DNA of 64,000 bases from Narcine bancroftii (Eukaryota), in the NCBI RefSeq assembly GCF_036971445.1, contig NC_091479.1, positions 79,856,001-79,920,000 on the forward strand, read 5' to 3'. A program made the position numbers and the translations under genes. The notes beneath the pieces were generated by a model that did not search any database, was not told where the DNA came from, and saw only the letters and a program-made list of their open reading frames with translations. This document shows, piece by piece, positions 38,911 through 49,758 of the stretch. Each line of letters starts with the position of its first letter. Positions within the stretch are counted from its first letter, which is position 1.

Positions 38911-39420
38911 TACACGTATCTTAAAGAAGGCTAAACGAGGTGGAGAAGTTTAAAAGAGGATATTTGCAGAACTTGGTGTCTTGGTAGCTGGAGGCCACTG
39001 ATGAAAAAAATAAATCTACAGATAAGTGATCCCAAATTAGTGGAGCACAGAAATCTTTAAAGGCTTAAGGATGGAGGAAAAAAACAAAGGTAGAAAGGGA
39101 GGAAATTATAAACAAGAGTTGCAACATCAAAATCAAGTGTGGCTTAGCTATGACCCAACATTAATGTTACAGGTACTTGGGTGATGGGTGAATTGAACTT
39201 TAGGGAATGGTTGGCAGAGTTTTGAATGACTTAAGTTTACAATCAACACATTCCCAGATTTTTGTTCAATTCCTCTGTGCATACAATGTGTAGATGTGCA
39301 GAGGACACTGGGCATTCAGTGATGCTAAATTTTATTGCTCCTTGCACAAAATTTTTCTGCACAAATGAGCCACAAATAGCAGGGCCATTATTTCCTTCCA
39401 AGTCGCTCCTTTGTTAGGTA

Positions 39421-39815
39421 CCATATATACTCGTGTAAAAGTCAATACCATGTTAAAGTCAACTCCCCTATTTTTGGCCCCAAAATCTGGTACTTTCCAA
39501 ATACTGTGTGGAAAAGTTGACTGCCACCCCGCCCCCATTTTTGACCTCAGCCACCTGTCCATCAGAGCTCCTGACATCTCGAACACTGATTTACCACCTG
39601 GCCCTGGCCACCCACTCATCAGAGCTCTTGACAGCTCAAATGTGGACTTACCACCTGGTTCCGGCTGCCTGCCCATTGGAACTCCTGATGCCTCGAACAA
39701 CACAGGTACCTACTGTAGTCAAAAGTAGTATGCGTGTAATAGTTGACCCAATAAATTTAATGTTAAAAATTGTTTTAAATGTCTAAAAAACTTGACTTTT
39801 ACACAAGTATATGTA
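39421..39815. mobile_element. Non-autonomous DNA transposon (Tc1/pogo-type MITE) with an internal ~57-bp tandem repeat
   Basis: Imperfect TIRs TA-ccatatatactcgtgtaaaagtcaa ... ttgacttttacacaagtatatgta, and about 2.7 internal repeat copies at 39550-39700. Confidence 0.72.
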
Positions 39816-40075
39816 CTTTGATCTCTCCATTTGTGGAATCTTGTGAAAGAGACAATTTTATAACAGGTTTGAGCATGCACGGCCCACGCTAACACAAATT
39901 CTACTTTGAGACATGATCCAACACCACTGCCAGAGGAGTGTCACACTAAGATGGAATGGGACCCAGTGGAGCAGCATTTTAATGCGCTGTTGAACCACAT
40001 TACAATTTACACGCCATAATTTTTCATGGCATTTTAATTTTACTAACAATGATGTTAACAAAAAATACAACTTAC

Positions 40076-40873
40076 AAATTGTGAAAGAATCTGAGAGGTT
40101 TTCTTTATTGGAACTGGAATCTTCCATTTGCAGAGATCCTGACACAAATGTGAGGTTTTCTGCAGACACATCAACCTGGTTAGAACTCATGGAGACATCT
40201 GTTGTAATGGTGGAAACGGAGACTGTGTCCATTCCCAGACTTGATCCATGTAGAGACACTGGCTCAAGTGAAGGCAGGGAGTGAGAAGAAGGAAGAGCCA
40301 CTCCTCCAGTGTTTGAGTTCAGTGCAGCAGCATGGATGGAGTCACTCAGAGAGTTCTCTGAAATGTTGCTTACCCGACCTGTCATTGATTCCGGTTCCAT
40401 GACAACCGGCAACTCCAGAGAGTTAGTATGAATTGGAATCACTGTATTCTGTCCCACTACTGCCTCTGGTTCCAAATTAGTCCGCACTGAGTCAACAGTT
40501 ATTGTTTCATGGCTTCTGGACCCAGAGGACAATGTCTGACGCTCTCCTGTAACTCCATTTATTGTCATCTCCTCATTCATTCCTTCTGTTGAGATGGGGC
40601 TGTTTACCCTGGAAACAGTTTCCATGGAGATGTTAGCATCCAATGGGATCTCTGTGCTGTTGCTCTGGTGCAGATTTTGGGAATTGTGAGAACCTACTTG
40701 TCTTGAATCTATTGAAACGATGCCAGACTCCAAGCTCACTCCACTATTGGGTTCATAATGATCCAGGGTAGGTGGATTGCTGGAAACAGGTAGTGCAGGT
40801 GTCCCATCTACACTGATAGCTGTGGGATGGATATATTGAGGAGGTGGTCTGTCAGCCAAATAAGACAAAATAC
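40076..40873 (-). CDS. PRDM4: PRDM4 large N-terminal Ser-rich exon
   Basis: GILSYLADRPPPQYIHP...MEDSSSNKENLSDSFTI, 798 nt, phase 1/1, CAG/GTAAG. Confidence 0.96.
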
Positions 40874-41736
40874 CTGCATGAGAGTTACAAATATAAATCA
40901 GTGGGAAAGATAAAAACATTAACCAGATCAAACTATGATTCTCCAATATCACATTTAAGGAGAAAAGCAAAATTGGTAGAAACAGAATTTTTTGCCCGAA
41001 AGCAATTAATTTGGAAAATGAAAAGGGATTTCAAATGTTTATTGTGGAAATACCCAATGAAAGCAAGTATTTTCCAGAGCACTTAAAAATCAAATATACT
41101 GCAGAAAGAAAAATTTCACAATAATGAAATCCCATGACTCATCTTGCTAGCTTTCAGCATTCTCAGTGATCTAAAACAGGTCAAACCTGCCATAGCCCTT
41201 GAGGTGACCAACAGTATCTATCAGTGAGGTACAGGAGCAGCTAGTCTGCTTGGTCTGAACTGTCTTTAGCTTTGAGAGAAGCAGTCCCAAAGTAAATAAT
41301 TTCAAGATGAAGAGAAGGACTGGTGCTATATATAAAAAAAGATCCTATGAAAATCCTGGTGAGGACAAAAAGGTCACCATTTTGAAATTATTGTGAAAAA
41401 TAATGATAATTTGCAGCCAACACCTGAAAGGGAAAGTAATCACAAAATAATACAAAACAGAGTGCAAAGGAGGTAACAAGGGGAGATGAAGGGATTGTGA
41501 AAGCCAGCACAGTGTATTAACAGAATTATAAAGGAAGCAGCACTAAGAAATAAAGGGAATCTGAAATTAGCAGCACAAAAGGTGGAAGGAAGTGTGAGAG
41601 AGTATAAAAGTAAGATGTACATGTGATATGCAGCAAAGAAATGTGAATGGATTGCAAAAATCGATGAACAGTGCACACTAGAGACAATAACACAATGGAG
41701 CATGACACAGTTGCGATGCAGCAGTGCAGTTACACT

Positions 41737-42305
41737 AAGATTCAAGATTCAATTTATTATCATAGTAATAAAACAGTGTCATGTTACATGAAATTTATTT
41801 TTTCCTGCTGCAAGTCAGACAGATTTGCCACTGGCAGGAATTGCTTAAGCGCCTCTTACAGTTAGAGAGATAGAAGCAAAAGAGAGTCCCCACAGAGTCA
41901 CCGTGTCCGTAAATTTTCCTCCCGCGCTTCCACAGCCACACAGAGTCCAATCCAAACCAGTGGCAACCCAAGCTCAAAATCCGAACCTCCGACGGCCAGG
42001 ATCCCTTCGGTGCCCTTGGCACCTCCTCGCATCCCGGTTCCAATACCTGGTACCCCTCCAGCCAATTCAAGCCAGTCCACAGCCCGGCACGAGTCTCCTG
42101 ACAGCAGTCTCCAGCAGCCTGCACTTCTCCCTCAGCTGCAGAGCCCCCTCACTGGTCTGCCGCTGTGGTCACGGTCCTCCGCTTCTCCTCTCAGACGGGG
42201 TGTGATCTTCCCATCCTCTGGTGCCCTGCTCCAGTCCTCCACTTCCCCGGAATCTGCAGCCACTCCTGGGTGTTGCTGATTAACAAGTGTCGCCATCTTG
42301 AACAC
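41737..42305 (-). mobile_element. Short non-autonomous Rex1-type retroposon
   Basis: The minus strand starts ttcAAGATGGCG (YY1-like) and ends aataaatt(GAATCTT)2. No RT frame is present. Confidence 0.55.
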
Positions 42306-42497
42306 AGACCGGCGAGTGCAGGATTTCAAATAAAACCACTAAGAATACTTGAAAAGGAGGACTGATGGACAACAAACATGGAGAACTATTCAGAGCCTGT
42401 CAGTCATTGGAACACAGAAGAACTTTCTGCCAGTATGTCAAAGATACAAGAAGTCAAATGCTAAATGCTTCTCTTTTGCAGTCAGGTTTTGGCTTAC

Positions 42498-42683
42498 CTG
42501 GCAATATATGCCGGAAGTAGCTGTTTTCCAAGTGTGGATAAGGAGGAGGTGGTAAAGGATAATTCCGATCTGGAATGCTGCACATTACTCCACGTTCTCC
42601 AATGCTCATTGGAAGCATTAATGAAAGGGCAGATGGGAGAGTGCCTAAGGAAGGACTAAGATTGGGTATGGCCACCGGCATTC
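42498..42683 (-). CDS. PRDM4: PRDM4 second coding exon
   Basis: [26 protein letters not shown]...[18 protein letters not shown], 186 nt, including the PPxY motif. Confidence 0.96.
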
Positions 42684-43499
42684 CTGCAATTGAAAGACAA
42701 ATAAATTAATTAGCGCAGTGAACATATATTAAATACATAACAGGGTGTAAGACTCAACTAAATATTTTGCCTAAGAGCAAAATAACTACTCGTCCTCTTT
42801 CTGACCATCACACTCTGTAATTTTTTTTCGACCATACAATACAATTACACTACAATACTGATGATCAAATTAGGGCACAGAAACAAAGGAGAATGGAATC
42901 ACAAAATTAGATCCCAAAGTACTGGTAAAAATACTGAATCTAATGAACTGAATTTGTCATGTTCAGTTTCAAATTAGTGACCCAGGACATAATTCTGTTG
43001 CACACAATAAATTTGTAGTACTTCATGGGTCTTCCAGTCTAACACTAAAATTATCCAGAAACCCTGTTTAGAATGCATTCTTCCCTACATGTCTGACCAA
43101 AGAAGCATCCAAATAACTGCTTCAATCACCAACGCACAGGAATTTTATACATCCCTCAATCCTTTACCCCCGCATCAAAGCCAGCTGAGATTCCTATACT
43201 CAGTTAATAACCTCAAGTACAGAATAAAAGTCCAGGTAAAAGGCAAAGTCAGTAGTGCTTTGCTAATCCAACTCTAACAGTGCTTGCAATTCACACACTC
43301 AATGCATTACTAAAACAAGACTAAGAGAGTAACATAGGGATTTTCTTTGTTCTGTTTCAGCCTTACCATAAAATATACTTGGACCTGTTGAGAATCATGA
43401 CCTTAATTTTGACATCTGGTGGTTCTGATCATTTGAAGGAGAAACACATTGCACAGTCTATCTCAAAAATGAACTGTTCAGCAACGAGGCACCTAACAT

Positions 43500-43742
43500 T
43501 TAAATTTTTTAATTCAGACATACAGCACGGTAATAAGTCATTTCAGTTCATGAGTCCGTGCCACCCAATTTACACCACATTAACCTACACCCTCAGTATG
43601 TTTTGAATGGTGGGAGGAAACCGGAGCCCCCAGAGAAAACCCACACAGACATGGGGAGAATGTACAAACTCCTTACAGACAGCACAGGGCTCAAACCCCG
43701 GTCCAGTCCCGATTGTTGGTGCTGTAAAGGCATCGTGCTAAT
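43500..43742 (-). mobile_element. V-SINE (HE1-like)
   Basis: Reverse-complement match to 24778-25030. Confidence 0.87.
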
Positions 43743-44178
43743 TAAATAATTCATTGGATTAATGTAGTTATTTGGCCTTGACTATCTTCTTACCGCCATA
43801 GATCCTCAAAAACAAATCTATTTTCCAATTTTGGAATATATTCATCTGAGATTTCAAACTTAATTAAATGTAAGTAAAACTATGAGGATTAAGATCCCTC
43901 AATAATGTTGAATCTCAAAAAAAACCCTAATCTGGATCTGAAATGGGGAAAGAGAAGGCGTGTTAATTTACAGCAAGGCACTCAATTTACTTTTGCAATG
44001 GCCTCAAGTAAAATTAATTAAAAAAATACTACAGATAACTTGCAATAAATTATATTTCAACGGGAAGAAAATGCATTTGTTCACCGTAGATTGCAGGATA
44101 AAGGCTGTCTGTGGGCCAGAAGGAAATATTTAGCCACTACTCTCTGAATTATCCCAGTTTATTATCAGCGTTTCCTAC

Positions 44179-44308
44179 CTGGAGTTGGGAGAGGGTTGTG
44201 TGTGGGTGAACTCATGCCCAGATGACTTGCTGTAACAGGCAAGGTACTACTGACAGATGAAGCACTCAGCTGATCCATGCCCACAGGACTCAAGTTGATG
44301 TCATTCAT
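44179..44308 (-). CDS. PRDM4: PRDM4 first identifiable coding exon
   Basis: tttcAG|c ATG: [43 protein letters not shown]|GTAGG. It matches PRDM4 MNEMNLSPVGMEQL. Confidence 0.93.
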
Positions 44309-45505
44309 GCTGAAAAATATGCAATGCATATGTGATCAGTGACCGCAGCCTGAGGTCAGCCACAGTAGCAGCACTTCATCACTGACAGTCCATTTCCATA
44401 ATATATAGCAAGCAATACTTAGATGTAACTAGTTAAACAAAACGTATTCCCTTTCTATCAAGTAACTTAGATTAATCTAATATTTATAATGAGATTCTTT
44501 GCCAATTATAAATTTTGTATTATATCTGCCTCGACACCATGATTCTTCAGTGTATCCACTGTCCATCCACTTAAGGAATATTAAATTCTAGAAAATACAA
44601 TTATTTTCTGAACTATATTGATCCTAAAACTGTGCTTCTTAACACCACTCCTCAGTCAGAAACCAGGGTTAAATGAGCTAAATGCACTAAACCTGCTCCA
44701 TCTCTTAATCCCAACACTTTTAAATAACATAACATCCTATTCAACTACCTGCCATTTAGCACATTGCTCTTTCATTGCAAACTTCCTCAATGCATTACAA
44801 AATAACAAATTGAAAAAGCAGCCAGGTTCCATACTTAAAGGAAAGAAATTGGTTTCCTCTGATGCCAAGATAAAAACAGGAATATACCTGAATTAATCTT
44901 TTTTACTCTATCCCAAAAAGTTGTCACGGTTGAGTCATCCATCTGTCTCCACTGTACAAAGCAAAAGAATAATATCGGTGCCATGTGTGGATGTCAATGC
45001 ACATAACCAAGTTCAATGCAATACAAATATATCCTCATCATTTCTACCCAGAATGGAACCCCAACATAATCCCATCCAATCTAGATACCAGTCCAGATCT
45101 AGCCAGAGTACACCTCTGCAGCATGGAAACGTGCAAAATGTACCCAAGTGCTTTACTGAGTATTTTCAAGAAAAAAAAATTATTGTCTCCAATATTAGGA
45201 GAGATGATCACGGGCTTGGCAAAGAGGAAGGTTTGAGGAAGAGGAAAGAAAAGAGAGGTATAAAGAATAAATTCTGCAGTTCATTGTTTTACCAATTGAA
45301 GGCATGGTTGCTGACCATGGAGTGATTCAATTAAATGGTTATCTGAAAAATACAGATACACTAGTATCCACGGTTTACATTCTTAGGAAAGGTCAAGACC
45401 ATGGAAAGATTTGAAAACATGGATGAGAATTTTAAATTCAAGGCTTTGCTTAATTTTGAACCAATATGAATCAATGATCATCAGAGATAATGCAGGAGAC
45501 TTGCA

Positions 45506-45701
45506 TGTGCAGACGTGAACCCGGTCTGTGCAGGCGTGAACCCGGTCTGTGCAGGCGTGAACCCGGTCTGTGCAGGCGTGAACCCGGTCTGTGCAGGCGT
45601 GAACCCGGTCTGTGCAGACGTGAACCCGGTCTGTGCAGACGTGAACCCGGTCTGTGCAGACGTGAACCCGGTCTGTCCAGACGTGAACCCAGTCTGTGCA
45701 G
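45506..45701. repeat. 21-bp minisatellite, about 9.3 copies (TGTGCAGRCGTGAACCCGGTC)
   Basis: Units start at 45506, 45527 and so on to 45674. They are nearly perfect, with A/G variants in blocks. Confidence 0.97.
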
Positions 45702-46525
45702 GGTCAGTACAGATGCAAGCACATGGAGTGTTGGTGTAAGCAGCAGCCACTGCTGATTCACTTGGCATAATGTCTATAACAGAACTTATAGGAGTAGAGC
45801 CCAGGTTAAGCTGGTGCAGACATTGATTCAGTATGTGCCAACCTATGCACAGCCAGTCCATGCTTGATCCATTCACAGTTTGCACAGTTAATGTCGAAAC
45901 AAGTGTAAACACAGTCCATGCAAAGGTGTTGTAGGCTCAGCCCAATGAGAGTCAGTTCACTATATGCACAGAATCAGTGCAAACATAGACAATGTGGAGT
46001 TCGTGAAAACTGCTCAGGACTAGACCTATTTTGTGCAGACTTGATGTGAACACTGCTGGAGCTGTCAGTGCCCATGTCTGTGCCCATACACAATTGTGCA
46101 GTTGGTGTAGATTTAGCCTGTGAAATTGATGAACAATATGTAGATACAGTCCATACTGCGCCCTTACGAAGTGCATGAAAGGTCAGTATTAACATAGCCT
46201 GTATGGGTTGTGTATACACAGCACCTTCAAACATCGCCCAGACTCCGTGTAAGCCCAGCCCGGGCAGACCATGGGCAAAGTTGACACTGGCTTTACACAG
46301 CAAGTGGAGATTGGCTTTCCAGCAAAGCAGTCGGCCCAGTCCCTGCAGAAGTCTTGATACAGGCCCTATCAAGTGAATGTAGGTCAGTTCTACCAAGACT
46401 TCGTGCACAGTCAATGTGGACACACCTTGCAGCCAGTCGAAACACAAGCGTGACCCAGAGTTACCATCGTGCAGCGTCAGCGCCACACAACCCATGCTGC
46501 GAGTCCATGTAAACATAGGCCTTAC

Positions 46526-46990
46526 ATTGAGTTGTTGCAGGTAGCGGGCGGCGCAGAATCGGTGCGTTTAAGCTGCAATTCAACCGACCGGCCACCCGTA
46601 TCTGTGGAACTACCGGCCGGCACTGGGTGGGCGAAAGTGTTGGGTGTCCACGGCGACATGACCCCCCCCCCCCTCCTCCCCAGTCTCCGGCCTCCCCGGG
46701 CAGCTCACTGCAACGTCTGATGGGCAATACGGTGGGAGCGGGACTGCTGGCGGCCGGGAAATGGTGCCTGGCGCGGTGGCGGCCCCTGTTCCGGCCGCTC
46801 TCCCGGGCCGCGGGCGCCACTTTCCGCCCCTTTGTTGTTTCTATCGGGCGTTTGTCACTGACCTGTCAGCGCGCGCACCTCGGCTCCTTCGCTCGCCCAC
46901 TGCGCGGCTGTGCGCGTGCGCCATAATTGCGGGGGAGGCCCCTCCAGCGCCTCCTACTGGCCCTGCCCGGTAATGCTGCTCGAACCAACC
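46526..46990 (-). promoter_or_regulatory. CpG island: PRDM4 promoter and probable non-coding exon 1
   Basis: Dense CpG, an NRF1-like TGCGCGTGCGC at 46911-46921, a GC box and ETS-like core (tttccgcccc) at about 46821, and a candidate minus-strand donor GTAAG at 46525-46521. Confidence 0.75.
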
Positions 46991-47074
46991 TCAAGCTTCT
47001 CCCTGAGGAACTTCGGACGTGGCGATAAAAGGAAAATAAAATGTTACTGAAATAAAGAGGCATTCATCAGGATG

Positions 47075-47805
47075 CTCTTAATCGACTACAGTTCGGCATC
47101 ATCCCCTCAAAACTGACCAGCAAACTCCAAGACCTGGGATTCAACACCCCACTGGATTTCCTCACCTCCAGACCACAATCAGTGAGGATTGGTAAGAACA
47201 TCTCCATCAGTACTGAAGCATCAAGGGGCTGCATTCTTAGCCCCTCGCTCTACTCACTTTACACCGACATCGACAATAACACGGTCTACAGATTTGCAAG
47301 ACGATACCACAGGAGTGGGTTGTATAAAGGAAGGGGATGGGTCAGCATGCAGGAGGGAGATTGAAAATTTGGCTGAAGGGTGCACCAACAACAACCTTGC
47401 ACTCACTGTCACCAAAACTAAGGAGTTGATTGTTGACTTCAGGAAGGGAAAACAAGAAGTGTTCAATCCAGTGATCCAATTATGGGATCGGAGTTGGAGA
47501 GGGTTAGCAAATTTAAGATTTTGGCAGCCACTATCTTGGAGGATCTTTCCTGGAGCCAACACAGTAATGGCATTGTGAAGAAAGCACGTCAGCGCCTCTA
47601 CTTCCTCAGGAGTTTGCAGAGGTTTGGTATGACAACAGAAGCCCTGGTAAATTTCTACAGAGGTGTAGTGAGAAGTGTGCTGACCGGCTGCATCACGGTC
47701 TGGTATGGGGACACCAATACCTCTGAGCATAAAGCCCTCAAAAGATAGTGGACTCAGCCCAGGACATCACAGGCAAAACCCTCCCCACTATCGAGAACAT
47801 CTACA
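47075..47805 (+). mobile_element. Rex1/Babar-like LINE RT fragment
   Basis: GCILSPSLYSLYT, DDTT, KTKELIVDFRK, KKARQRLYFLR and LTGCITVWYG. Confidence 0.87.
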
Positions 47806-47806
47806 G

Positions 47807-48222
47807 CAGTGGTTCTCAACCTTTTTCTTTCCACTCACATTTTTCTTCTTTGGCTTGGCTTCACGGACGAAGATTTATGGAGGGGGTAAATGTCCACGTC
47901 AGCTGCAGGCTCGTTTGTGACTGACAAGTCCGATGCGGGACAGGCAGACACGGTTGCAGCGGTTGCAGGGGAAAATTGGTTGGTTGGGATTGCATACCAC
48001 TTTAAATATTTGCTATGCCATTGGTGCTCTGAGATTAGTAAACGATTGCTTAAGATGGTATTTTGGTGGAAAGATAAAGTTTGGAAACCACTGTTTTAAT
48101 CGTATCTAATTGACTCGTTATGTACATGGTTTCATAACTCCAAAGGAAATGGGCCAATGACAATTTTTCTCAAGCAAAATATTTCAGTAACAATTGGTTC
48201 GAGAGCAGTGATTCTCAATCCT
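47807..48222. mobile_element. hAT(Charlie)-like non-autonomous element containing an RTE tail
   Basis: CAGTGGTTCTCAACC ... gtttggaaaccaCTG inverted ends (47807/48093), plus a further cagtgattctcaa at about 48206. Confidence 0.65.
47841..47988 (-). mobile_element. Very short RTE 3' end
   Basis: Matches 20385-20530. Confidence 0.9.
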
Positions 48223-48630
48223 TACACTGTCTGTATGGAGTTTGCACATTCTCCCTGTGTGTGCATGGGTGTGAGAGTACAGATTCTATCACCAATGTGT
48301 ATATGTACATATGTACAGAGGGTAGTGTAGGATGACTGTGATTGGTTGAGAGTGTAGCCACAACTACTGGCTGGTCTTAAAGGATTGCTCCTAGCCAGAC
48401 CAGATCATTCTGGACTAGTCGACCTACTTGTCATATGCTCCAGTCTTTTAGTTGTAAGCCTTGGTTTGGATCAACAAGTCTTTGGTTCTTTCGACGCGCA
48501 TTACAATGGGTTTTCCCCGGGGGCTCTGGTTTCCTCCCAACCTTCGAAATGTACTGGTGGTGTAGGTTAATTGGGTGGCATGGACTCGTGGGCCAAAATG
48601 GCCTGTTACCATGCTGTATGTCTACATTTT
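48222..48630 (+). mobile_element. V-SINE interrupted by a solo LTR
   Basis: V-domain halves at 48222-48269 and 48506-48630. Confidence 0.85.
48270..48505 (+). mobile_element. Solo LTR of the same Gypsy family, 5-bp TSD ATGGG
   Basis: TG...CA termini, reverse-complement match to 17016-17245, and ATGGG at 48265-48269 and 48506-48510. Confidence 0.95.
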
Positions 48631-48644
48631 TTTAAAAAGAATCT

Positions 48645-48970
48645 CTGAACCCTCTCCAATGCCAGCACATCCTTTCTTAAATAAGGACCACAAAACTATA
48701 CCCATATTCCAAGTGAGGTCTCACCTCTACCTTATAAAGCCTCAACATCACATCCCTGCTCTTGTATTCTATTCCTCGAAATATAAATGCCACAATTGCA
48801 TTCACCTTCTTCACCACCAACTCAACCTGGAGGTTAATCTTTAGGATTTCCTGATCAAGGACTCCCAAGACTCTTTGCACCTCTGAATTGTGAATTTTCT
48901 CCCCATCAAAATAAGTCTTCTGTTTATTCCTTCTACCAAAGTGCATGACCATACACTTTCTATCATTGTA
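48645..48970 (-). mobile_element. CR1 LINE fragment
   Basis: KCMVMHFGRRN, QRVLGVL and VRPHLEY in ORF 48677-49063. Confidence 0.82.
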
Positions 48971-49758
48971 CAGTAACATTCCTGGTATCCGACACCTATG
49001 GGAATTGTTAGATGCCAGATAAGTGAATTTTATGGTTGCTTGAGATTGGTGAACTAATGGCAAGGCTCACTAATTTTAAACTTTCATATTTTTTACTTAT
49101 TTATTTTACTTTTTTTTTGCTGGTTGATTGATTCCAGGTAACAGGGGTTTTACTGAATTTCATTTGCCACATTTTGTCTATTCTCTTAATCTAATAACTC
49201 TCACTTTACTTACATCCAGGTGTCTTTTATAAGTCTGTATCATATCAGCCTTCACCACCATTCCCAGCAACACATTCCAAGCATCCACCATTTTTTGTGT
49301 AAAAACATCTCCCTAAATTTTCATCCATTCTGCTGAAATGATTGTCCTCTGATATTGGACATCACTAGCCTAGGAAAAAGGTGCTGGCTGTCCACCTTAT
49401 CTATGCATCTCATAATCTGATAAGCATCTCATAACCTAATAAGTTGCCTCTCTGTCACTCCCAAGAGAAAAGCTCTAGCTTGCTCATCCTTTCTTTGCGC
49501 AATTATGTCCTTCATACAGGCATTCAGAAATGAACACAATAAGTGTGGCCTAATTAGAATTTTATAGAGCTGCTGCATTATCTCTTGGCTCTTGAACTCA
49601 GTCACCTTACCAGCACACCATTCAACTTCTTAACCATCCTATCAACTTCTGCAGCAACCTTGAAGGTTCCTGGATTTTAATCAGATCCATGTCACTTCCA
49701 AAGTGCCCTGCGCTGAATTAAATAGTCTTGGAGTGTGTTCAAGAAAATGTATCAGCCA

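Noticed and set aside
45471-45912. ORFs with heptad repeats (LHRPGSR, AQTGFT, CRREPGL) on both strands
   Set aside because: Artefact of a stop-free 21-bp minisatellite inside PRDM4 intron 1. It is also not CRISPR, because there are no unique spacers.
46461-46820. ORF in the CpG island as an N-terminal extension of PRDM4
   Set aside because: Its phase at the 46526 donor (phase 1) does not match the phase-2 requirement of the 44309 acceptor. GC-rich sequence yields open frames by chance.
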